DNA from: Chlorokybus atmophyticus
Lineage: Eukaryota > Plantae > Mesostigma and Chlorokybus algae
Assembly (NCBI GenBank): GCA_009103225.1
Contig: RHPI01001715.1
Coordinates: 308,701 to 372,700 of the forward strand
Reading direction: 5' to 3'
Length of the DNA: 64,000 nucleotides
The stretch's first letter is position 1, and every line of letters starts with the position of its first letter. The notes under the pieces are model-generated. The model ran no database searches, was not told where the DNA came from, and saw only the letters and a program-made list of their open reading frames with translations. Shown here one piece after another: positions 1-12,411 of the stretch. The position numbers and the translations under genes are program-made.

Positions 1-1242
1 GGGCCTTCTCACTACTGCGAAAAGGTATGATGTGCTTTTCTCACAACCAGATTGCCCAGCACACATGCAGTAGGAGAGTCAGCATTCTTCAGTAACGTGC
101 GCGTGTGCGTCATGTGAAATCTCGTATGTTACGACTGAGCGGGTGCTGTGTTGCATTTGTGATGGCAGTGGAGTACTTCGACACGGTGTTGGGAGTCCAC
201 ATGAAGCCAGTGGCATACTGGCACGTGCTGTACCTGCCACTGGCGTACAAGGTGTTGTCCAACGGTGAGCGCCTGTATACACATGAACACTGTACACACG
301 CATACATCACCATGCGCTCGCGCTCGCGCTCGCGCACGCGCAAACTTGCGCACCTGCGCATAGGTAGGTACACCCAAGTGCATGTGTGCACGCGCGCGCA
401 CACGCACACGCACACGCACGCACCCACGCACACTAGCGTGCACGCAAGCGCTTGGTTCAGCCTACTCTTTGTGCGCAACAAAGTGCTGTTTTTTTTTGTT
501 GACAGTATCAGCCCCATCGTTACTTGACTAACCTTCTCAATTGTGATGAAGGTGTCGGCCCCGTGGAGAGGTTCTTCGATTGGGTGACGTGGCCACTGAT
601 CAGAACGGCCATCGCAGAGTTAACGAAGCTCAGTGAAGTGAGTCGTATCTGAGGTCCAAAAAGGCCGTGGAAGACGTCTTCGCTAAGGTGAGTGCTGTGT
701 ATTGAGATACAGTGCCACACAACCCCGGGATTGAGGACAGTGTGTATGCGTTGGCGCACACAGGTAAGTGTGAATGCGCATGTAAGCACCGCCAGCGCGC
801 GCGCGCGCGCGCGCACACACATTGTCAACTCCTTCAGATGGAGGCCCTTCTTTCCGATGGGAGACAACTCGGGCGACACCTTCACAGCCGCGGACTTGAC
901 GTTCACTTCGCTCGCAGCACTCATGACCTACCCTGAAGAGTAAGTGAGCGTGTCCTTCACAACCCACAACCCAACATGTGTGTGACAACAATCTAATTCT
1001 ATACAACAGGTACGGCACTACCGAGTTGCACCCGTAGAGAGGTTTTTCCCCCGCCTGTCGTTGAAGAGGTGGAGCGATATTGCAACTCGGCCGCGGGGAA
1101 GGTGCGGGAAATGATGATGTGGGTTTGTGTGTTACTTCATGTGGTGATGTTGATGTTGTTGTGTTGTGTGGCGCAGTTTGGACTCCGCGTGTACAAACAG
1201 CATCGCCATGTCGTCGTCTCAAGCGCGAAAGATGAGTACTGA
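1..1242 (+). pseudogene. Glutathione S-transferase-like gene (bacterial-type GST_N/GST_C family), 5' truncated by the window edge and carrying at least 3 frameshifts
   Basis: Exon-like blocks with GT/AG borders at 169-264, 552-687, 838-939, 1010-1101 and 1177-1242. They give VEYFDTVLGVHMKPVAYWHVL, FDWVTWPLIR, ESYLRSKKAVEDVFAKMEALLSDGR, GDTFTAADLTF, YPEEYG and EEVERYCNSAAGKFGLRVYKQHR, which recall GST-like proteins ending in LxDGRxYLxGDxFTAADLTF...AGxFALRLY. Frame changes are needed near 638-640, ~870 and ~1035. Confidence 0.68.
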
Positions 1243-1956
1243 TGAATCAGAGAAGCGGTGTATGTCAGAAAATGTTGATAGGCTGATGCAGATTGATGCA
1301 GTGTTTATGTCGCCTGGTTTGTACGGACTGGGTTGATTGTACGCGTCGCTGACCTGAGCAATTGCGTCCCGTGTGTATGCAATTGTGTGGGTATGTACGC
1401 GCACGCGTGTGCACATCACTCGCCAATTGCATTCCGGTTCACTCGCCAACAATTCGTTCATACACGCCTAACACAACTTCTGTTGTGCGTCGTAAGCACC
1501 AGAACCCGTGCATTGCGTTGAATGCTGCGTGTTTGCCACTTGTTCAGTAAGAAGAGCATGGCGTACACTTATAACCAATGTGGAGGCAGTTCCCTGCTTT
1601 GCATGTCATGTTTGTGTAATGACCTGGGATTGCCTCCGAGGAAAGATGTGGACACAGTCATTCTGCTGTGGGGTCTCCTGCTGACATTGCGTGTGTCTTG
1701 GCAAAGAACCTGAACGTGTGACGCTGTTGTTGTTACTTTTAGCAAATGGTGTAGAGCTGGTCCAAGGGAGTTTGCGCCTGCGCATATACGCCCCCGCATG
1801 TCTGCCATCATCGCGTCCATGTCATCACTACACATCCACTCAACTGCGGACCTACAATACACTGCACTACCAGTTCAAAAAACCACAGTGCAATATGTAC
1901 AACCACTACCACTTCCACTACTTTAACCCAACCCAACAGAGGAAATGCCCTACTCC

Positions 1957-3244
1957 CTAACTCCCTCCCTTTGCCCTCGGCAGGTTGCGTTGCCTCAACC
2001 CGCTCTGTCCTTGCGTCTCCGCCGGCTGCGACAGATACAACACAGAAGGGTCCGACGGGTCCACAAAGGCGTTGTTGACGGCGTCTTGGACCATAGAGGT
2101 GGGAGGAGGGGGAGCAGATGGAGCGTACTGTTGTTGTTGTTGTTGTTGTTGTTGCTGGGATTGTTGTTGTTGTTGTTGGGACTGTTGTTGGCGTGAGGAT
2201 GCGAGCATGGCGTAGAAGAGGGGGAGGAAGGTACCGACGCCACCCTCGCGGAAGGAGAGCTTGAAGTCGTGGGGGACGCCGTCGAGGCTGCCGGGAGGAC
2301 CGCCTTCGACCTGGGAGTGGGGTGTGTAAGGGAAGTATGGGTTGTGTGTGTGTCATTGTGCATGGCTGTGTGATAAAGTTCAGTGTGCGCACATGTGTGT
2401 GCACGTGCGTGTGCATACGTACCGAGAAGACTACGCCTGTAATGTTGTTGCAACCGAAGATGGGCTGATTGAACTTCTCACGCACAATGTAACTCTGCAA
2501 GAGAAGATGCCAGAGTTAGGGTCGGTGTCACAACAACCACTGTTGTCAAAGCAAACCACAGCTACTGTAAGCCAACATGAAAAAGAGTACGGACTACCTT
2601 GATTTGTGTTTCCTCACATGCATACCGAACTGCAAACACAGGGCTGCATGCACACACGCATGAACAACTGAACCACTTCATGTGAACGACCAACGGATCT
2701 CATCATCACGAAGTCCCAAGAGTTGCAACAGCTGTGTGCTCCACGCATACGGGCACAGGACAAACAAAAAAAACTCCAACGGAACACAAAAGCGTCAGAT
2801 CACTTGTTGTCACACGCACAGCACTGACCAGCGGGAGGTCAAAGGCATGGATGGCTGCGCCATTCTGCCTTGCGTCAGCGCCGGTAGCGGCGAACACCAG
2901 GCGCACGTTGGAGAGGTACAGCACGCCTCTGGCACTCCACTTGCCACCACTCCCAAGCCTGTAAACAGTACTGCTTCAGCACACTCGTCTTGAAGGCAAA
3001 CAAATCCATCCATCCATCCATCCACTGACTGGTTGCCTCACTTGCTAGATGGTCCGAATCCAAACCCTAGCCTGCAGCACGAGCATGCATGCACGCGTGC
3101 CTGCTTGACCAGGACGACGGGGACCTACCCCGGGAGGTTGTCGACGAGGAAGTTCACGCCGTCCCTGCGCAGCACGAACGCTTCTCCCGAGAACGGCACA
3201 GGCAAGCCACCTCCGCCCGCCACCATCTCCGGATTCACCGCCAT
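1957..3244 (-). CDS. WW domain-binding protein 2-like / plant UPF0664 (GRAM/PH-like) protein, 4 exons
   Basis: Spliced reading: MAVNPEMVAGGGGLPVPFSGEAFVLRRDGVNF...RGVLYLSNVRLVF...HAFDLPL|SYIVREKFNQPIFGCNNITG...DFKLSFREGGVGTFLPLFYAML...AFVDPSDPSVLYLSQP. This matches the family motifs FNQPIF and EGGxGTF and the C-terminal DPxDP motif. A CAA-repeat polyQ lies in the last exon. Confidence 0.85.
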
Positions 3245-3956
3245 CCCTACTGCCGCCGCCGCCGCCTGTGACCACGACAACAACTACGACGTCAGCTAGG
3301 AGGTAAGGCACCTTGTCGTTGCCTTGTTTGCTGGCGGCGGCAGAGGCGGTGTTGGGTGTGGGGCTTGTGGTTAGGCAGCGGGGCGGCGAGAAAGGGCAGG
3401 AGGCACATGGTGTGGCGGAGGAGGAAGAGGAGGATGAGGGCCAAATTTGGAGAGGGGCCGTTGCTGGCCGGGCTGCTGTTGCTCATGCTACCATGGTGGT
3501 AGCAATGACCTTACACGTAAAGTGTTGTACTTTTATGCATCTGAGCTCCATCTCTCTTCGTGGCATTGGCCGAGTACTCTTGCGTTGAGTCTACTGAGAT
3601 CAAGTGTATATGCATGTGCTTCGCGCATCTCTAATGTTGGCTATGTGCATGTGCATAAGCATTCGTGTGTGCGTGTGCGCATGTTGACAGTTCAACAAAT
3701 CGACAAAATGCAGTGTGACATCATGTATACAGCGGCATGTTGCTGTCACAAGTACAGACATCCATTACACATACACAATACACATACAGCCCTTTTAACG
3801 CCACCCCGACAATTTGGTGCAGCGTTCGTGCGCATCCCGGGGGCGCCTCAGCGTATACATATACACGCCATGATACACACATACTACAACACAATCGACA
3901 ACAAGCACATTGTCTATACCCACCCCACTATCTATCCCACTCACTCACTCCCTCAT

Positions 3957-6900
3957 TCACATCAATCCCCTGCCCTCACCCCCCTCAAACACGAGCACCC
4001 GCAAGGCAACGTGTCTCAACCCGACTCCAGCATCAAGTTGGGATGTTGTACTGTTGGGTTTGTTGTGGTCTTCACTCCTCCAAGCCTCTGCCTTCCCGGG
4101 CACGAGCCACGCTTCGAGCGTGTCGCCCACACCCAACGACACGCCCACGTGCCAACGCCTCTCCTCTTGGGCCTTGTTGTTGTTGTTGGCAGGGGAGAGC
4201 AGGGCTTGTAGGATGGCTTCAGGTGGTGGATTATTGGAGTTGAGGTCGGTTGCGGTTGATGCGTGCGGTGTCTTGGAGAGGGTGAGCTTGATACCTTTGC
4301 AGCCCTTTGGGTCAACGCACCGCGCTCGCACCTGAGCAACGTTCAAAGCCAGCCAAGCGTATGGCTGAAAACGATTGGTACATACAGTGCGTGTGCGTGC
4401 GCTCGCGCGCGTGTGCAGTTCCACGTGTGCATGCTCGGTTGCGTCTACGTGCGTGTGCGCATGTGCACTCACTCTTTCATGCAGTTCTACACCACTCCTG
4501 ATGCCTCAATACTGACTGGTCATTCGCTATCTCATTCACCAACTCACTCATTCTCTCACTCACTCACTCACGCACTCACTCACTCGTTCTGAATCCTTTT
4601 TCGCCTCAAGCACCTACCTCCATCTCAGCATTGGGCATGTGACTGTGGCTCGTGTAAGCCACGACCGCTGCGCTGCGCTTGGCTCCCCCGCAGCAGCCAT
4701 CCGGCGCATATCCGCTGCACGGCGCCGCCCGCCCCAGCGCGATATGCGCCCCGGCGGAGGAGGCGATACCGACACCCGGGCAGACCCATGCGCCGTTTGT
4801 AGCCGTGAGTGGGGTTCTGTTGGGCGAGGTTGACGATGACGATGCTGTCGTGGACACGCTGTCGGACCACGTCAACGGCATCCATGATGGTGATGGTGAT
4901 GGTGATGCGGTTGTGGTTGATGTGGAAGGTGGTGGCTTGGTTGGTTTTGGAGACGCCGACATGTCTCTTTCTGACGAACCCCAGTCCCACGCCATCGCCG
5001 ACCTGGTCATACATACACATCACAAGAAGCATCCTGCAGACTTGCAATTCTCGCGCTAGAACAACGATGGCTGCCTACCTTATGTTGTTACTGTCGTCGC
5101 CGCCATCATCGTCCAGGAGAGGCGCGTACCCATACCTCCACCCCAGATGTCCCTGTTTCCCCGAGAAGTCAGCGAGGCTGTCGGCAACAGGGCGACGTGC
5201 ACCCGAGGAAGAAGAAGAAGAAGAAGACGAGGATGAGGATGAGGATGAGGATGAGGCTCTCGATGCGCGCAGTGCCCACAAGGCGTCGAGAGCGAGGTTG
5301 TCCAGCAGAGACTGCGAGGCGGAGCGGGAGAGGGGGGTGTCGGAACCACGGCAGGGCTGGAGGGCGGAGGAGGAGGAATGGAGCTGGGGGAGAGGGGGAG
5401 GAGGGCAGAGTGAGTGGGTGGGTGGGTGCGTGTGCGTACAGTTAGGACACGACAGGGTGGTATCGCTTACGCACGGTTAGTAGTGGCACTGGCCTACTTG
5501 CCTGGTGTAGTTGTAGTCACAGTTAACCCAGCTTGGGCGCATTATCAACACTAGTCAGTGCACTTGTATCATCAGACATAAATTGGAAAATGATGTAACA
5601 ATGTGCCGACAGCGCCACAAGGACACCTGGTGTACTTACTTCAAAGAGCGTGAGCGGTAGGGCAACGAAGCTGCCTCCTTCGATGGAGGACGTGGAGGCC
5701 TTGTTGACGAGGAGGGCGAGCAGCCACGCGTGGTACTCGCGGAAGGTACGCGCGCCCGCGCTGAAACAACCGCAGAACGCCGCGCGCTTCACCAGGATAG
5801 GGTACTCCGTCAAGCAGGTCTGCGGGTGGGTATGCGAGTGTACGTGCACATGCGTGCATGCGCATGCGTGTGCGCTTGCACATGCGCGCATCTGCGTTGC
5901 ATGCACACACGTGTGCATGCGCATGTGTGCATCTGCGTGCACGTGCGTGCAAACACAAGTGCTCTGCATCTGATCCATCACAACCCATCTCCTCCTTACC
6001 TGGCCGTCTCCAACGCGCACGGTCCACGTGGGCGCCATCGGGATGGCAACGTCCCCGCCATGTTCGGCAGGCAGCAGCATCCCGGCCGTCACGCCATGGA
6101 TGTTGCTCCCTCCTCCCCCACCTGATCCCCACAGCGCAGCCTGCAGCCTCAGAGTGGCCGAGTCGTTGTAACGCACGTCGTCCCGGACAAGAAACAGAGA
6201 ATCCTCCTAACAACAGGTGATAAGTTAGATGAAGTGACCACAATTGATGGAGTAAGACATGCGTGCGCATGCGCGTGCGCATAGTCCACCAAGAGTGCGC
6301 GCGCACGCACTGTTTGTGGACTATGCGCACACGCACATTTATCTGCATGCATGCAGTGCATGCTGCTAAGTAGTGCACGCAGGCGACTATGCTTTTGTGT
6401 GTTCAACGAGTTGTGTGCATCGCTGCGCGAACTGCTTCGCAGTGCAAAACCAGCTCAGCCTGTTTGGTGCACACGTGAGTGTGAAGCAGAGTGCACTTAC
6501 ATAGAGCGCATCATGGTCGGGTGAGAAATCAGAGCATGCCGACTCCCACAGCACCTGCGCATCGACCGCTTGGTTCGCGGGTAGCGTGCGTGTAACGATG
6601 CGTGCAGGCCGTCGCGAAGTCATCGTCGTCGTCGTCGTCGTTGAGGGGCGAGATGTCATTGATGATACAAGCTTGGCGTGGAAGTCCAGCCACGTGTCGG
6701 CCGCGGCATACACGCGGGGCTTCAGTACGGGCGGGTACGCCCCGTGCGCCATCACGTGCATCAGACGATCGCGCAACGCCGTCACGGTCGGCTCCACCAC
6801 GATCTTGCTCATGAACTCGCCCTCCAACATCTCCTCCACACCGCCACTGGGAGCATGGACGTAGAGTCAAGAGTCAGTCCATTGACAGGCAAGTTGTCAA

Positions 6901-9880
6901 GCACGCGTGTACGTGTGATACAGCAATCAAGAGCATGTCCGCAACCACCTGTGCGTGCAATGACAGGCACTATTACAATCATCAGGTATCTGTGTTCGTT
7001 GTTGAAACAAGCATGCATAGCGTAGTTTACGCATCCTTGCCAAACACGCTCATGTGTGTACTGGTAGGGCAGCTACGTGTGTGTGCGCGCATGTGCGAGC
7101 ATGTGCGCACGCATGCTCATGTATGCACCTCCGCGCACAAACCCCACACGCGTGTGCACATGTTTTCCGCGCACGCACACACGCACGCATAGACGGACAC
7201 ACGGACAACACACCAACCTGTCAAAGGCCACTGTGGGTATTGCCCCCGCCGCGCACTCCGCCACGACATACGGCGAGTTCTCCAACAACGACGGCAGCAC
7301 GGCCAGCGTCCCCCTCTCCCTCAGCACCCTCAACGCACTGACCCTCGGCAACGCGTGATGCATCCTCGTGGGCCACTTGCTCACAGTCCCACCCAGATGT
7401 TGGGTGATGTAAGCAGTAGATCTGTTATCCGCCCTGTCTCTACCAACAAACAAGACTTCATAAGGTGGACCAGGCCAGGGGATCTCTCTCAAAGCCTCCA
7501 CGAATAGGTACAGTCCCTTTCGGCGTTCGAGGCGGGAGAAGAAGACGAGGCGCCATACTGGGGAGGCGTGGCGCATGGAGATCTGAGAGGACTTTCTACG
7601 CGTGTTTGTTGTTGTGTCGATGATGTTGGGGATGACGTGGGGGTTGCGGGGGTGCCAGCCGCGTTGGCGGAGGAAGGCGAGCATGTGCTCGGAGGGGGAG
7701 ACGACGGCGTCGGCGCGCTCGAGACAGTAGCGCTCCGCGGCGTCGACCTCCAGGGATAGGGCGTCTGTGGTGGTTTGGAACGCAACGAGAGGTATGCGTG
7801 TATGTGCACGCGCCCGTGTATGTACGTGCACGTGTGCCTGTATGTGTGTGCGTGTGCGCATACGAGCGCATGTATGCGTGCTTGTGCGTGCATGCATGCA
7901 CGCAGGCATGTGTGCCCATGCGTGTAGTGAACATCGTTACTGCACAACACACATGATGTCTCAGGTTACATATGTTGTGCAACAGATGCACATGCGTGCA
8001 CTTTGCCCACCTGATGGTCGCGGGTCGTCGCTCGTCTGTCGTGCCCACATGTGTCCTCCATGCGGCACAATCACAATCTTCATCCCATCCATACCCCACC
8101 CACTCTCCTCCCCCACCCCCGTCTCCCTCGCCGCAATCGTCTCCACCAACACTCCCCCCCACTCGTGCGCGTGCAAGACCTCACACGCACCTTCTCCCCT
8201 CTCCCGCAACCAGTTGAAGAACGCCAGACCGATGCGGCGGTACGGGTTGGTCGTCCACACGTTGTTGTTGTTGTCGGAGGTGGAGAGGCACACGAGCGTA
8301 ATGTCGGCGGGGGAGTAGATGGTGGAGGAGAGAGTGGGGCAGTCGAGGAGTTGGGTCGCGGGGGCGGCGATCCAGGTCACGTGGTAGCGGGTGGAGCGGG
8401 CTAGGGCGGAGGCGAGGAGCCAGTAGGCGGTGGCTGTGCCGGCCATACCTGTGTAGATATACACGTATGTGGCATGCAAGTATGTGTACATGCGGTGCAA
8501 GCGTGAATATGGAGTGGACGCGTGAATGGACGTGTACGTGTGGCAGTGGTGTCGTCCAGTGGTATATGAACGTGATACACAAATGATGAACTGATACTAC
8601 TACAGTATGTATGCGGTCTTGACATGCGGTTTTGGCCACGTTTGTACACAACCATGAAGGTCATAGTAAGGTTGTCCAGTACAGCATCATGATGAGGAAG
8701 TGGCACTACCACACCAGAATGCATGCACTGTGTGCTTACAGTTGTGTAGTGATAATGAGATGTTGTCAGTGGTTACTACACTTGAACAACTGAGCAGCTA
8801 TGTATGACTCCATACCTGGTGCGCCATAAACATCCGAGCTGAGTATACACACCCCCGTGGTTGCGTGTCCCCTCCCGGTCTGCACACGGCTTAGCCTTAC
8901 ATCACCTCCACTCCCCTGATCTGAACCCGCACTATTCCCGAGCGCTATCTGCCCGACCCCGAACACGACCGCAGCCGCCACGAGCATCACCATCACTCTG
9001 CTCGACACGAGCACCGACACCATCGCTCCCAGCTCGCGCCACCAGCAGCGCATCAGGACGCTGAGTCCACCCAAACCACTCCTGATATCGACCTCGGCGC
9101 TGTATTGTGAGTGCTTCCCTCTCTTGTCCATGTTTGTCCTGATGCGCGGAGACTTGTTCACCACCGTGAGGGGGGAGTTGTGGGCGTCGGAGGAGGCGGG
9201 ACGCAACTGACGGTGCATGGCCTGCTGGGGTGTGGGTGTAGTTTTAGGTTTGGTTGTGGGTTGCATGTTGTCCTTGCTGTTTGACTGAATGGAGTCGACT
9301 CACTCTCTGCTGATGAATCGCGTGTAAGCGTAGTGCGCATGGAACAACAGTGTGAGGCTGGCACGCAACGGACTGTCCTACGCAGCACAGTCACCTGTGT
9401 CTGCTGGACAAACAATGTGTGGAAAAACAGTGATCAAGAATCCCTTTTATACACGATGTTTGACTGATGAGGTGACGGGTTGCAGTTAGAACAAGCCACC
9501 TTCTGTGTGCGTATCTGGTACACTATCATGATGAATGGTTTGATATAGCTGGTTTGATGTTGCCTAATATATAAGATAGTTTCGTGTGTTTCTCAGCCAC
9601 CGTGCAAATCATTGCACGCTACAATGAACACCCACCCAAAGACGCCTTCCATCATGCACTACAAGGCTTTACCACACAGATAGAAGCAAAGGAGAGAGAC
9701 TTGGTCACCTCATGTCACCCTGACTGTCACGTGGCGCTGATGTTGTCACTATTATGATGGTCTCACCTCTGAGTTCATCAACCCTGGCGGTGGCGTTGTT
9801 CCAGGCATCGTCATCCTCGTTGTCGCTGTCGTCAACATCGCCGCCGCACGCACGCCGCTCTCATCTGCGCCAGGTGTCAT
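3957..9880 (-). CDS. Large type II membrane glycosyltransferase with a GT4 (GT-B) domain and additional C-terminal domains, about 10 exons
   Basis: A TM segment (LVAAAVVFGVGQIAL) is followed by VCILSSDVYGAP|GMAGTATAYWLLA, LHAHEWGG, ADAVVSPSEHML, LVFFSRLERRKGL and LAVLPSLLENSPYVVAECAAGAIPTVAFD, which are GT4-type motifs. Later exons continue in frame to a stop at 3957. The start is either 9266 or a probable first exon at 9880-9767 (phase-0 GTGAG donor to a CAG acceptor near 9285). Confidence 0.75.
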
Positions 9881-10631
9881 CTACCCACCCAGCCACAGCC
9901 ACAACTCCTACGAAGTATCATTACCCACCCCCACCCCCACACTCCGCATCTACGCTGTTCCGCCAAGATCAAGCCGCTGTGAAACGGAGGACAGGACACA
10001 GATGGGAAGAGGAACTCGGCTGATCTGTGGTGGTTGGGTTTTTCCTACTCCCTTGCGTCTCTCTCTCACGCAAGTGTGAAACAAGAGTCGTTGCTCGTTT
10101 GTCAACAAGAGTACGGCACTCTCGCCTGGAGTTGAATGGACTTGTAGTTGATTTTGACTATCCCAAGGCGCGCCTTTGCGGCTATGCCATCACAGGATGC
10201 GCATGGTTGGAGTCAAACGGCGAGGAAGACGAGGTTGAGACAGAGCAGCAAAGAAAGCAGAGGACAGCCAACGCACACAGTTCGCATCTTGTACCATGGA
10301 AAGCAAGCGGAAGCCTAGGTGTACAACTCAACGGGCTACATCAACTACATCGACATCGACAACAACGACGACGACGTTAAACAGGACGGGTTCTATTCCC
10401 TCTAGCTTACTCAGTGACTTCTCACTTGCAAACTCAGGCAACCTCTCCCTCACTCCCTCTCTAGCACACACGCACAAACCAAGCAAAAACACACCAAAGG
10501 ACAGATGGACGGACGCTGCTTGCTTGCCAGGTCGGATGCAACCCCTTGGTAGTACCAGTACCGGCCAGCTTGCAATTGAATTGTATTGGCAAGCTGGCCG
10601 TATATTGGGTGCAACCCCTTGGCGCCCTCCC

Positions 10632-10681
10632 NNNNNNNNNNNNNNNNNNNNNNNNNNNNNNNNNNNNNNNNNNNNNNNNNN
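10632..10681. other. Assembly gap (N run) next to a C-rich run
   Basis: 50 N, preceded by gccctccc. Confidence 0.98.
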
Positions 10682-12411
10682 GCGCTTCCCCCTGTCACAT
10701 CACCTGCGCATGCATGCCCGCAAGAAAGGGGCCTCCTTCGTGGAGGCATATGCAAGTGAACTGTGCACTGCGTTGGGTGCTTGATGTGACCTGCCCTGCG
10801 TGACTTGCGTCTTGGCCGTTGGTTCTGCTGCGAGAGTTGCATCCGACGGCGGAGGCGGCAGCAAACGACGACCCTGATTCAGGTTGTGTGTTCTTTGGTG
10901 AGGTTCCGTGTTCGATGAACACGGTTCTGGCTGTGGACTTACCGGGTACACACTGAACGTTGTGCGATCCATGTAATCCGTCGATCACATGGCAAGATGC
11001 GTAATACATGATGTAACATGCATCAATTCTCACACCAATGATGCTAATTCAAGTGAAGCAAAGACTTATATTTTGTGTTCAAGATATCGAACAACTGTAT
11101 AACATGTGTTGACAAGATACGATAAGTCTTGCATATCGCAAATGCAAACCTCATTGACAGGTCTCAACAACTTGTGTGATCTTATGAGCGCACTTGAGCG
11201 TGTATGAGCACCAAGTGAGAGTAGCACGCGCAAGAACAATGTAATGTACTAGTAAAAATATACATGTGAGTGCTTGTAAGTGCCTTGCTGCAGTATCATC
11301 GAAAAGCCTATACTTAACTTACAAATCATGCTTTAGCGAAAAGGGGTCAGATGTGTTGCACACCAATATAATTAATGCATGCAAGCACACGCGCACAAGC
11401 ACACGCGAGCACACCCAAGCATGCACATGCACGCACGGCAGGTTCAATGAGACACTAGGGTCAGTCACAAACATGCAGCCTCACCGCGCATGCCCAAGGC
11501 ATGCTCACCTAGTATGTGACCTATCTGATGCTCACCGTTCCCACAAGCACATACAATAGCACACTGAGCAGCTGCATGTGTTGCATAAGTCACAAGCAAC
11601 AGCAAGCAGGCGGTGATGCATTGGGTGGATACATACATGCGCCGAGTCTGCTTTTGGGGCCCCTTTGTTTTTCCTATGTGTAGCTGTTGTAAGTTATGTG
11701 TATTTACTACACGTGAGCTTTATTATGCTACAAACGCAATCAGTTCAGGTGTCCCAACTCGGCTTACATGCACACGGGTCACCCCACCCTTTAGAACCGT
11801 AAAGCATCTTGAGTCAACTTTAACTGCAAGTGTTTTGCCCTTGTTGTACACACATCAAGTTGCGTGCAAACACATCTGTAAATTTGGCATGTGCAAATAC
11901 CGCTCGCGACAAACATAATCATCAATAACTCTTACAAATATGCACCTCATATCATTATCCTACACAAGCGTGACCGCTCACTAGCTGCACACACTCACAC
12001 GCAATTCAACCGTGCATATCATGCTAGCTGCTCAATCTGCTGCTCAATCTGTCTATCAGTTTCATGCCTATCTATCTGGCCAAGAGCTGTATGAAGTATG
12101 TAAACCTGTGGCTCTTGCATGCCTGCAGTATCTGTGATGTGCTGTGCTATGCGCTGCGTGCTTACTTTCGCAAAGTTTTACGTTGAGGAATAACAAGTGA
12201 TGGCCGTACGAAATGCATCAGGATGAGAGGATGCTCCACCAACTTTGCATCGTGAGAAGTGCTCATTGATTTAGGCAATCATGTGCGTTACTGTTACCAC
12301 TTACAACATATGCATGCACCAGGCCGATAATTGCACGACCAACAGCCTAGCGCGGTTGTTCAAAGAATGGACCAGAACAATAAATCACATGCACCATACC
12401 ACAACGCCGCA

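Noticed and set aside
79-9000. Dozens of overlapping 60-280 aa ORFs rich in H/T/R/A/C/V/M in the ORF track
   Set aside because: They are translations of (CA/TG/CG)n intronic tracts or antisense frames of real exons, with no family motifs.
9767-10023. GC-rich orphan block with acidic or Pro-rich readings
   Set aside because: It is explained as the probable first exon and leader of the GT4 gene (ATG 9880, phase-0 GTGAG donor at 9766, matching a CAG acceptor near 9285).
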